Source: Planktothrix sp. GU0601_MAG3 (GTDB lineage: Bacteria; Cyanobacteriota; Cyanobacteriia; Cyanobacteriales; Microcoleaceae). From it: DNA of 64,000 nucleotides. Positions 50,637-60,066 of this stretch are shown piece by piece. Where the stretch lies: positions 4,820,578 to 4,884,577 of the forward strand of contig CP136572.1 of assembly GCA_035193785.1 (NCBI GenBank), read 5' to 3'. The position numbers and the translations under genes are program-made. How positions within the stretch are numbered: the first letter of the stretch is position 1; each line of letters begins with the position of its first letter. Below the pieces are notes generated by a model. That model ran no database searches and was not told the DNA's origin. It saw nothing but the letters and a program-made list of their open reading frames with translations.

Positions 50637-52206
50637 CTATTGCTTTGAAAGACTGGGTACAACCTCTCTGGGTTGGAATCGCAATGGCATTTTATCGGTT
50701 GGGTAAATCAACAGGTTCTGCTGTAAATTATCTAAAGATGAACGACCGTTGACCAACTCCCAATCAAAATGTCGGAGTAGTTGAGCTAACATCACGGTTG
50801 CTTGTAGCATCGCCAAATATTCCCCCAGACAACGATGAGCACCTGAGCCAAAGTCAATCATAGGTAATGAAAGGCTACCTTTATTTTCTTCCAGCCAACG
50901 TTCAGGCAGAAATTGCTCAGGTTGAGGATAGGTCTGGGCATCCCTTCCCGCACCGAGCATTGACCAAAATACTTTCGTTCCCTTGGGAATGGTAATCCCC
51001 TCAATAACAGTTTCCTTGATGGCTTGTAACGAACTCGAACCCGATGCAACGGAATAAAGGCGCAGTGTTTCTTTGACAATCGCTCGCAGATAGGTGAGTT
51101 CTTTAAGACTGTCGATTGAAATTGAGCCATGCCGTTCCCATACTTGGTCTACAAGGGTTTGAGCCTTGTGAAAAACCTCTGGATGCAGAGCTAATTCACC
51201 CACTGTGAAGGATAATGTATGGGCTGTGGTATCAGTCCCCGCAATCAGAAGTTCAACCATTTCTGCAATGAGCATTTCCTTTGTGTAGCGAGGTTCTTTT
51301 GCAGCTATTTTAACCAACATTGATTCAGTAAATAAAGGACTGAGGGAAACAGAATCAATGGGTTGAGAGTCTCTCAGTTGCAAAGCCAGGTCTACGCGAG
51401 GGGCGATCAATTCTTCAAGACAGCTTCTGGCTGACCAGTAATCACGAGATGATTGTGTGGGCAAATATTTCATCCAGGACTTTTCACCCGTCGCCACCCG
51501 CAGAAATCGATAGGTGATCACGGACATCGCCCCATAGACTTTTTGAACATCCAGGGGAGGCCCTTCGGGGGTAGGAATTTTGGGATCAACTGGAATGCCT
51601 AACAGTAAGGAGGAAATGATACGCATGGTCAATTCTACAAACAGGGGATCAATCTGAATTGTTTCTGAGGGGTCAGTTTCTTTGATTTTTGCTGTAGTTT
51701 GAGAACAGGCTTGCTGAACAAGGTTGATATACTGCGAAACTCCACCGGATGTAAATTCGGGATTCCAGGCTTTGCGACGCCATTGCCACTCCGATCCACT
51801 TTCTCCTAATAAAATGGGGCCGCTGATATCGTTCCAAGCTCGACTTACGTTTTGAGACCTAATTAAGCTACCATCTTTCATTCCATTAATAATCGTACTT
51901 TCAATGGCTGATGGCTTACTTAAAATCAGGGTAGGATAATCTGCCCAATAAACATATATGGAAACCATACTGTTGACTCCAATCAAACATCAGTTTAAAG
52001 AATTGCTTTTTTTTAACTGCCTTTAAAATTTGAGGAATATTGCCAAATAGCCAGTGTCTAGGGGGAGAAGGCAAACATTTGAGATACCGATAGCGCTGTC
52101 TTTTTTCCCAATAGCGCCAGCCCAGTATTCCTAAGAGGGTCGAGAAAATTACAGTCAGAATCAAGGGTAGAGAAATCGAAATCGGAGCATCACTGAATAA
52201 AGGCAT
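50637..52206 (-). CDS. Cytochrome P450 with N-terminal membrane anchor (1 frameshift near 51960)
   Basis: AGTDTT, ETLR, PERW, FGSGAHRCLG; TM followed by PSPP..WLFGN. Confidence 0.93.
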
Positions 52207-52285
52207 AAGTTCACAGTCTAAAACGATTGAGCTAATCTATATAACTATAACTATAAGAGGAATAAACTGAGCTAATAGATATTCA

Positions 52286-52353
52286 AGTTTTAAACTAACC
52301 CTGCTGGGGTGGGGGGATAACCTGTACTTTTGGCTAGGTACAAAATCGAACTA
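52286..52353. repeat. ~67-bp direct repeat, copy 1
   Basis: agttttaaactaacc...aacctgtacttttggctaggtacaaaatcgaacta. Confidence 0.7.
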
Positions 52354-52413
52354 TCATAGAGTTACGGGAATAACGATTTAGAGAGTAGAATAAAATACCT
52401 ATAAGAATTTATG

Positions 52414-52689
52414 TTAGTGAGTGAATCCCTGAACATCAACATAAATTCTACAGTAGTCATCGGAATTGATAACAGTAAACTCGAACAAAATGCGATAATG
52501 ATAGTCAATTGAAGCTGACCAAATCCCCTCAAATTCACCCGAAAGTTTATGAGTTTTTAGAGTAGGATGAAAAGGATCGGTAGCCAGTTGGCGGAGAGTT
52601 TCTTCAATGGCAACTCGCAACTGGGGATTTTGGCGAATTAATCGTTTGTAGGTTCTTAAAGATTTGGGAGTCCAAGCAATTTTTCTCAC
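52414..52689 (-). CDS. RelE/YafQ-family toxin
   Basis: LATDPFHPTLKTHKLSG..IWSASIDYHYRILF; 4-bp overlap with the upstream small gene. Confidence 0.85.
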   Translation of the reverse strand: MRKIAWTPKSLRTYKRLIRQNPQLRVAIEETLRQLATDPFHPTLKTHKLSGEFEGIWSASIDYHYRILFEFTVINSDDYCRIYVDVQGFTH

Positions 52690-52910
52690 GTCTCTAACTC
52701 CCTAAGAAAATCATCTACAGAACCCACTATAATCATGCCTTCTGTTGCTTCCTGTCGAACTTCTTTAATTTCTTGGAGTAGTTGTTCTCGGCGGCTTCTC
52801 TGTAGGCGCTTAACTAAAATTTCAACGATGAGGTTTTGTTCCTCGATTGAGAGGGATTCTACTGTATCCAGTGCTTGTTGAAGCCTTGAGGTTTGTATTC
52901 CTTCGGACAT
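52686..52910 (-). CDS. Putative antitoxin
   Basis: Small acidic protein ending GSVDDFLREL, upstream of and overlapping the toxin. Confidence 0.75.
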   Translation of the reverse strand: MSEGIQTSRLQQALDTVESLSIEEQNLIVEILVKRLQRSRREQLLQEIKEVRQEATEGMIIVGSVDDFLRELET

Positions 52911-52984
52911 AATTGGTAATATAAAAAATTGCTGTTTTGATTATAACATTGTGAGGAAGATATTATAAAGAAATTTAGCTTTCT

Positions 52985-53095
52985 TAGGGTTCGGAAACTG
53001 TTCTGAACATTCCCTTCAATATAACTACCTTGGTCATTAACGGAGGTTTCCCGATAACCGCCTTTGTTAATTTTAATATTGCGATCGCCTGAAAT
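52985..53095 (-). pseudogene. 5' remnant of a gene with a G/N/Y-rich amyloid-like motif
   Basis: AGAGGA RBS-like sequence, then ATT-TCA-GGC-GAT-CGC reading (I)SGDRNIKINKGGYRETSVNDQGSYIEGNVQN. Confidence 0.5.
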
Positions 53096-53112
53096 TTCCT
53101 CTCTTAAAGTTG

Positions 53113-53177
53113 AGTTCTAAACTAACCGATAGATGGGGAAACAACCTGAAATTTTGGCTAGGTCAAAACCTGAACTA
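53113..53177. repeat. ~65-bp direct repeat, copy 2
   Basis: agttctaaactaacc...aacctgaaattttggctaggtcaaaacctgaacta. Confidence 0.7.
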
Positions 53178-53185
53178 AAGTATAC

Positions 53186-53275
53186 AGGACTTACGCATCA
53201 CCGCTATCAATAGTAGGGGTAATTCATGAATTCCCCCTACATCTAGGGTTACATCCCCAAATTTGCGTAAGTCCT
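53186..53275. mobile_element. MITE-like element with 12-bp perfect TIRs enclosing a GTAG REP-like hairpin
   Basis: AGGACTTACGCA ... TGCGTAAGTCCT; inner gtaggggtaattcatgaattccccctac at 53213-53240. Confidence 0.75.
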
Positions 53276-53388
53276 AGTATAAATATTGAATAGTTTGAAG
53301 CGGTTGTCTCTCAATTAGAAACAATAGTCAGTATAATTGAGGGTGAAATTCAAGCTTCAACCCTAACCCCAACATAGGTGAAACCCTA

Positions 53389-53991
53389 ATGCAGTTAAAA
53401 GATCAGCCTGAAATTGTATTAGCACAAGGGGAGGAGAAAATTCTCCTGACCCTTGATATTAATGGCACAACCCACAGGGTACAATTAGAACCACGAGTTA
53501 CCCTCCTGGATGCGCTACGGGAATATTTGGGACTGACGGGAACAAAAAAAGGATGCGATCGCGGACAGTGTGGTGTTTGTACCGTGTTAATTGACGGACA
53601 ACGGGTATACTCCTGTCTGACCCTGGCAATTATGCAGCAGGGAAAAGAGATTACTACCATTGAAGGATTAGCCCAAGCCGATACCTTGCACCCCCTACAA
53701 ACCGCTTTTATCGAACAGGATGGGTTTCAGTGTGGCTATTGTACCCCCGGACAGATTTGTGCGGCGGTGGCCTTAATTCAGGAGGTAGAACGGGGATGTG
53801 CCAGTGCGGTGACACCGGATCTGACCCAACCTCCGCCACTTCAGGAACTCTCAGACCAGGAAATTAAAGAACGTCTGAGTGGTAATCTCTGTCGATGTAG
53901 TGCCTATAATGGCATTGTGGCGGCGGTACAACAGGTGATCGGACAAACTCCCCCACCTGCTGATGCTTTAGTTTTGGTAGCAGATAACTAA
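53389..53991 (+). CDS. paoA: Aldehyde oxidoreductase/xanthine dehydrogenase family 2Fe-2S subunit (PaoA/YagT-like)
   Basis: GTKKGCDRGQCGVCTV, QCGYCTPGQ, GNLCRC. Confidence 0.88.
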   Translation: MQLKDQPEIVLAQGEEKILLTLDINGTTHRVQLEPRVTLLDALREYLGLTGTKKGCDRGQCGVCTVLIDGQRVYSCLTLAIMQQGKEITTIEGLAQADTLHPLQTAFIEQDGFQCGYCTPGQICAAVALIQEVERGCASAVTPDLTQPPPLQELSDQEIKERLSGNLCRCSAYNGIVAAVQQVIGQTPPPADALVLVADN

Positions 53992-53992
53992 T

Positions 53993-54997
53993 ATGAGAAA
54001 TTTCACTTATATCCGCGCCACATCCCTACAGGATGCGGTACAGGGAATCCGAGAACACCCCCAAGCAACGGTAATTGCTGGGGGAACGAATTTAATTGAT
54101 CGGTTAAAAGGATATCTGGAACCCTCCTCTCACCTAATTGATATTTCTCGCCTCGAGATGCAGCAGATTGAATCTCTTTCTGAGGGGGGATTACGAATTG
54201 GTGCTTTAGCGAGTAATACGGCCGTTGCCGATCATCCGATCATTCGCCGGGACTATCCCCTGCTTTCCCGGGCGATTCTGTCCGGTGCATCCCAACAAAT
54301 TCGCAACGTGGCTACGGTGGGGGGAAATCTCCTGCAAGGCACACGCTGTCCCTATTTCTCCGATCCGGCTTTTCCCTGTAATAAACGACACCCCGGAAGC
54401 GGTTGTTCTGCAAGTACCGGAATTAACCGTCTCCACGCCATATTCGGGGCAAGTGATCATTGTGTGGCGGTGCATCCCTCGGATTTTTGTGTGGCGTTGG
54501 CTGCCTTGGATGCCGTTGTAGAAACCCAAAGTTTATCAGGAAAACGAGAAATTCCAATCACAGAATTTCACCGTTTACCCGGAAATACTCCCGAACAAGA
54601 TACCAATTTACAACCGGGCGAACTAATTACAGCCGTAATTTTACCTCCCCTAGCCTTTGCTAAGTCCGGTGTTTATCTCAAATTGCGCGATCGCACTTCC
54701 TATAGTTTTGCCCTAGTCTCCGTGGCGACGGCCCTAGAAGTTCGGGATGATCAGATTCAGGCGGTTCGGATTGCCTTGGGAGGCGTGGCCCATAAACCTT
54801 GGCGGGCCATAGCCGCCGAACAGTTTTTACAGGGTCAACCCCCAACAATAGATTCATTTAAACAAGCATCAGAATTAGCTTTAAAAGAAGCTAAACCCTT
54901 AGAACATAACGGCTTTAAAATCGAAATGGCAAAAAGGGCGATCGAACGCGCGTTAATGGCATCGGTTCAAACAGGAGGACAGGAATGGGCAATGTGA
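53993..54997 (+). CDS. paoB: FAD-binding subunit (PaoB/YagS-like) with 4Fe-4S Cys insert
   Basis: IAGGTNLID, GASQQIRNVATVGGNLLQGTRCPYF...CNKR..GSGC, HPSD, KLRDRTSYSFA. Confidence 0.9.
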   Translation: MRNFTYIRATSLQDAVQGIREHPQATVIAGGTNLIDRLKGYLEPSSHLIDISRLEMQQIESLSEGGLRIGALASNTAVADHPIIRRDYPLLSRAILSGASQQIRNVATVGGNLLQGTRCPYFSDPAFPCNKRHPGSGCSASTGINRLHAIFGASDHCVAVHPSDFCVALAALDAVVETQSLSGKREIPITEFHRLPGNTPEQDTNLQPGELITAVILPPLAFAKSGVYLKLRDRTSYSFALVSVATALEVRDDQIQAVRIALGGVAHKPWRAIAAEQFLQGQPPTIDSFKQASELALKEAKPLEHNGFKIEMAKRAIERALMASVQTGGQEWAM

Positions 54998-57098
54998 TGG
55001 GAAAATCCGTTAACCGCTATGAGGGACGGGCAAAAGTTACTGGCAGTGCCACCTATGCGGCAGAACATCAAATTTCGGGACTGGTTTATGGGGCCTTAAT
55101 TACCGCGACCATTGCCAAAGGTCGAGTTAAAGCCCTCCATCTCCAACAGGCCGAAGCCAGTCCGGGGGTGCTGCATATTGCCACGGCGGAGAATAGGCCA
55201 CCACTCTCCCCCGTCGCCAATGATTGGACAACTTCCCAAATCTATGAATCCCGGCTTCCCCTTGCGGATCACGAAATTCACTACCCTGGACAAATTATTG
55301 GGTTAGTGGTGGCCGATACCCCAGAACGTGCCCGTCATGCGGCGATGTTGGTTTCAGGTGGAATACGAAATCGAGACTCCTCTGATTAATCCTAAAAATG
55401 CCTTATTTATAGCTGCTCCCAGAACACCGGGTTTGGAACAGGGGAACACTGCTACAAGCCTAGAAACCGCCGAATCTCAGATTTCCGCCACCTACACAAC
55501 AGCCATGGAACTCCACGCCATGATGGAACCCCACGCCCTAATTGCCCATTGGTCTGATCCAAATTCCTTAACCGTCTATGAACCGACCCAATGGGTGATG
55601 CTGCATCAACAAACCTACGCCACCCTATTCGGCATACCGCCGGAACAGGTGCGGGTCGTGACTCCCTATATTGGCGGGGCTTTTGGTGCGAAGGTCTTTC
55701 CTTGGCCCCATGGAATTCTCTGTACCGCCGTTGCCCGGGAAATCCAACGCCCCCTAAAATTAGTTCTCCCCCGTCAACAGATGACGATGATTGTGGGAAA
55801 CCGTTCAGCCACGGAACAACACCTGAAAATCGGGGCAACATCCGACGGCCAAATTCTAGCCATCGAACATCATGCCAAATCCTATACTTCCCCCGTCGCT
55901 CCCACCTTTGCCGAAAATTGTATTTCCGTGACTCCGGTGATGTATGCTACACCCAATTTGTCCCTTAAACAAGAAATTGCAATTTTAAATATAGGAATGC
56001 CCACCTATATGCGAGGGCCGGGGGAAACACCGGGAATGTTTGCCTTAGAATCGGCCATGGACGAACTCGCCTGGAGGTTAGGAATTGATCCCGTAGAATT
56101 ACGGTTAAAAAATGCCACCCCCGTACACCAACGCAGCCAACTGCCCTTTTCCGCTAAACATTTTGCCGACTGTTTGCAGGTCGGGGCGGAACAATTTGGC
56201 TGGAAAGATCGGCCCCAACAGCCCCGCAGTTTTACCCGTAACGGAAAATTCGTCGGTTGGGGAATGGCGGCGGCGACCTTTCCGGGTCTGCGTTTCATGG
56301 CCTCGGCAACGGTACGTTTATTCCCCGATGGTACAGTCCAGGTGTTGACCTCGGCAAATGATGTGGGGACGGGTGCTTATACGGTGATTGCCATTAGCGC
56401 GGCGGAAACCCTGAATTTGCCCGTTGAGAATATCCGGGTGGAAATTGGGGATTCTCGCTTGGCCAATGGCGGTATAGCGGGGGGATCGATGATGACCGCA
56501 ACCTTGGCCCCGGCCGTCGTCAATGCCTGTGAAGAACTGCTTAAACAGGTGAATGCCCACACCATAACTGAGGCGTTGCGGGCTTTGCAGGAGTCGGGAC
56601 AACCCTTTTTAGAGGTGACGGGATCGTCTCAACCGGGGACGGGAAGCCAGGAATGGGCGTTTCAATCCTGGGGGGCTCATTTTTGTGAGGTAGAAGTGGA
56701 TGAACCCTTGGGTCGGGTTCAGGTGACACGCTGGGTGTCGGTGATGGATATTGGCCGGGTGATCAATGCCAAGGCCGCCGCCAGTCAAATTCGAGGGGCC
56801 GTAATTATGGGTATTGGGGATGCTTTGATGGAGGAATGCCAGCTTGACCCCCATCTGGGATTACCGATTGTTTATGATTTGGCCACCTATCATATTCCTG
56901 TCCATGCCGATATTCCCCGCATTCAGGTGTCCTTCGTCGGTGAAACCCGATCGGAATTTTAACCCCGTGGGGGCTAGGGGTTGTGGGGAAATTGGGATTA
57001 CGGGGGTAGCTGCGGCGATCGCTAATGCCATTTATCATGCCACGGGTAAGCGCCTGCGAGACTTACCGATGACTGCCGATCAGTTGTTAGGTATTTAA
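54985..57098 (+). CDS. paoC: Molybdopterin-binding subunit (PaoC/YagR-like; 2 frameshifts)
   Basis: KVTGSATYAAE, MEPH, GGAFGAK, MRGPGE, GAHFCEV, GARGCGEIG, NAIYHATGKR. Confidence 0.9.
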
Positions 57099-57159
57099 AC
57101 TGTTTCTCGTTCCCCTTCGGGGGCCAGTGGCGGAGCTACTCAAACCCCAAACCCATGTT

Positions 57160-58290
57160 ATGAATGAACTTCAAGCCATTATTAAAGCCTTTGATCAAGC
57201 TGAAAATCATCATCAAAAAACAGCCTTAGCAACGGTTGTTCAGGTGCAGGGTTCAGCCTATCGTCAAATTGGGGCAAAATTGTTAATTTTTGCCGATGGA
57301 AAACGAGTCGGTTCTATTAGTGGGGGTTGCTTAGAAAATGATGTTTGTGAATGGGCAAAACAAGTCATAGAAACGGGTCAACCGCAATTAATTACCTATG
57401 ATACTACGGCCCCAGAGGATATTATTTTGGGTTTGGGTTTGGGGTGTAATGGGGTGATTAAGGTTTTAATTGAACCTTTAGAAAAGCCTAGATATAGACA
57501 ACAAATTCAGTTTATTAATGGGTGTTTAAATACTCGCAAATTAGGAGCGATCGCCACTCTATTTCAAATCCAAGAAAATTCCCTAATAGATTTTAAGGTA
57601 TTGGTTAATGAAACCGGAGTGATGATTAACTCCCCGGAAGATTTTCCCTTATCTGAAACCATCATTCAAGATACTAAAACCGCTCTCAATTATCAACAAT
57701 CTCAGGTGAAAACCTATCTCTGGGAACAGACGGAAATTCCGGTTTTTATTGATATTATTAAACCGGCTATTTCTTTAATTGTATTTGGAGGGGGTGAAGA
57801 TGCCATTCCCTTAGTGAATTTAGCAAAAGCACTGGGTTGGATAGTAAATCTGATTGATCATCGACCCGATGCAGCCACCTCCGGCCGTTTTCCCTTAGCG
57901 GATCAAATTATTATTGCTTATCCTGAAGAAATAGAGTCTAATTTCAGTCAAATTTTACCCGATTTTGATCATTATACAGTAGCGGTGATTATGACTCATA
58001 ATTATTTGTGCGATCGCAGTCTGTTAAAACTTCTCCTCCCCTCGTCTTTACCCTATATTGGATTATTAGGTTCTCGACAACGCACGGAACAAATTCTACA
58101 GGAACTTCAAACCGAATTAGACTTAAATTCCGCACTGCTTGATCATTTTTATAGTCCCATTGGATTAGATATTGGGGCGGAAACCCCATCGGAAATTGCC
58201 CTTTCTATTCTAGCAGAAATTCGCGCCGTCTTATCCGATCATTTAGGCGGATCATTAAAATATCGGGTCGGGTCAATTCATCAACTATGA
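57160..58290 (+). CDS. xdhC: XdhC/CoxI/PaoD Moco chaperone
   Basis: LATVV..GSAYR, GSISGGCLE, GLGCNG, MTHN, YIGLLGS, PIGLDIGAETP.EIALSI. Confidence 0.92.
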   Translation: MNELQAIIKAFDQAENHHQKTALATVVQVQGSAYRQIGAKLLIFADGKRVGSISGGCLENDVCEWAKQVIETGQPQLITYDTTAPEDIILGLGLGCNGVIKVLIEPLEKPRYRQQIQFINGCLNTRKLGAIATLFQIQENSLIDFKVLVNETGVMINSPEDFPLSETIIQDTKTALNYQQSQVKTYLWEQTEIPVFIDIIKPAISLIVFGGGEDAIPLVNLAKALGWIVNLIDHRPDAATSGRFPLADQIIIAYPEEIESNFSQILPDFDHYTVAVIMTHNYLCDRSLLKLLLPSSLPYIGLLGSRQRTEQILQELQTELDLNSALLDHFYSPIGLDIGAETPSEIALSILAEIRAVLSDHLGGSLKYRVGSIHQL

Positions 58291-58890
58291 CAGGATCAAA
58301 AATGGGTTTAATTATTCTAGCCGCCGGGGGTTCAACTCGGTTAGGTCAACCCAAACAGCTATTATTATTTAGAGGAAAAACGCTGTTAAAGCATACCGTT
58401 GAACAGGCGTTAAATTCCCGGTGTCATCCGATTATTGTGGTATTAGGATCGCAAGCTGAACAGATAGAATTAGAAATTAATTCCTTTCCCATCATTATTG
58501 TTAAAAATCTTAATTGGCAACAGGGGATGAGTCGTTTCTATCCAAACAGGAATTGAACAATTAAAAGCAATTCAATCCGATAGTCAGGGCGTTGTGATTA
58601 CCCTTTGTGATCAACCCTTTATTTCTACTCAAATTATTGATAAGCTGGTAGAAACCTATGAACAGACTCAAAATTCTATGGTTGTATCTGAGTATAATAA
58701 TATATTGGGAGTTCCGGCTTTATTTTCTCAAACTCTCTTTGATCAATTAATTAATTTAGATACAAACCAAGGCGCAAAATCTTTAATTAAAAGTTATCCT
58801 AATCATCGATCTATTGTGCCTTTTCCGTTAGGGATGCTGGATATTGATACCCCCCAGGACTATGAACAGTTATTACAGATTAGACTATGA
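58287..58890 (+). CDS. mocA: Molybdenum cofactor cytidylyltransferase (MocA-like; 1 frameshift)
   Basis: ILAAGGSTRLGQPKQLL, NWQQGM, LCDQP, DIDTPQD. Confidence 0.85.
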
Positions 58891-59375
58891 ATTTTAATCC
58901 TTCCCAACGCCATATTTCTCAGCAAGTTATTTTAGAACACGCCCAAAAACCTCGCCATCGAGGGAAAACAAACCCGATTCATTTATCCCAGGAACAAAAT
59001 AACTCCTACTGTGGAGATATTGTACAATTAACGATTGAATTAGACTCTACAGGTGATATTATTAAAGATATTAAATTTGCAGGGCGAGGTTGTGCCGTTT
59101 CCATGGCATCTGCTGATTTAATGGCGGAAGTATTAAGGGGAAAAACCATAACAGAATCCCTGTTAATTATTCAAGATTTTTTGAATTTAATTCAAGGAAA
59201 TTATCAGTTTAATCAACCTTTGGAAAAACTCAATGTTTTTACAACTATTGTGCAGTTTCCTATACGGATGAAGTGTGCAGCTTTAAGCTGGTCTACCCTG
59301 GAAACAGCATTAAAATCATATCTTCACAACCCTATTTTAAGAGAGTGTGAACAGCGATCGCATCTTTCAGGCTAA
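58887..59375 (+). CDS. sufU: SufU/IscU-type Fe-S scaffold/sulfur-transfer protein
   Basis: ILEH..PRH.G, CGD, GRGCAVSMAS, RMKCAALSW. Confidence 0.85.
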   Translation: MNFNPSQRHISQQVILEHAQKPRHRGKTNPIHLSQEQNNSYCGDIVQLTIELDSTGDIIKDIKFAGRGCAVSMASADLMAEVLRGKTITESLLIIQDFLNLIQGNYQFNQPLEKLNVFTTIVQFPIRMKCAALSWSTLETALKSYLHNPILRECEQRSHLSG

Positions 59376-59519
59376 ACTATTAATATCTAACGGTGATCAT
59401 TTTTGTTCCACAAAAGCAATTTTATCGGAAAATTAGGATAGAATTGAAAGTTAAGGATAACCTAAAATAGCATTTGGTCAACTGAAATAAAAACCTTCAG
59501 TGTTTGAATATTAATACCC

Positions 59520-60035
59520 ATGAATGAACTGACACTAAAGTGGACAGAAGCTGGTCAGTCCCGCACCCAAACCCTGAATGATCAAAAAACCTATCGGGTT
59601 GGACGAGATCCCACACGCTGCGATATTGTATTATCCCATCCAACGGTATCGGGATTACATATTGAAATTTTTTTTCATCCAGCTAGTCATAACTTCTATC
59701 TGAAAAATTTACGAGAAACTAACCCACCGATGATTAATAATCAAGAGTTAATAACGGGTGAGGTTATTTTAAATTCTGGCAATAATATACAATTAGGACA
59801 ACAGCAATTAGAAGTAATTTCTATTAATTTTGAACATTTTTTAATTGCACCAACACTATTATTTTCCCCCGATGAACTAACATCAAAAGCTCCTATTCAT
59901 CTCAATCCTGTACAATATGGTTTACAGTGTCCCCAATGCGATCACGTTTCCTCTTATGAACAATTAAATGTAGGTTGTCCTTGGTGTGGAACGTCCTTAG
60001 CAGCAGCAGTTAGTGTGGTTTTATCCACCCAATAG
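59520..60035 (+). CDS. FHA domain protein with C-terminal Zn ribbon
   Basis: VGR..CDIVL..TVSGLH, N; CPQC...CPWCG. Confidence 0.85.
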   Translation: MNELTLKWTEAGQSRTQTLNDQKTYRVGRDPTRCDIVLSHPTVSGLHIEIFFHPASHNFYLKNLRETNPPMINNQELITGEVILNSGNNIQLGQQQLEVISINFEHFLIAPTLLFSPDELTSKAPIHLNPVQYGLQCPQCDHVSSYEQLNVGCPWCGTSLAAAVSVVLSTQ

Positions 60036-60066
60036 ATAAACCTCAAAAATAAAGACTAAAAAACGG

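Noticed and set aside
52980..53180. Moco or guanidine (ykkC) riboswitch upstream of the pao operon
   Set aside because: Only short resemblances (TAGGGTTC, GGGAAAC); the other conserved blocks are absent, and the region is better explained as a minus-strand gene remnant plus repeat. An Rfam scan would settle it.
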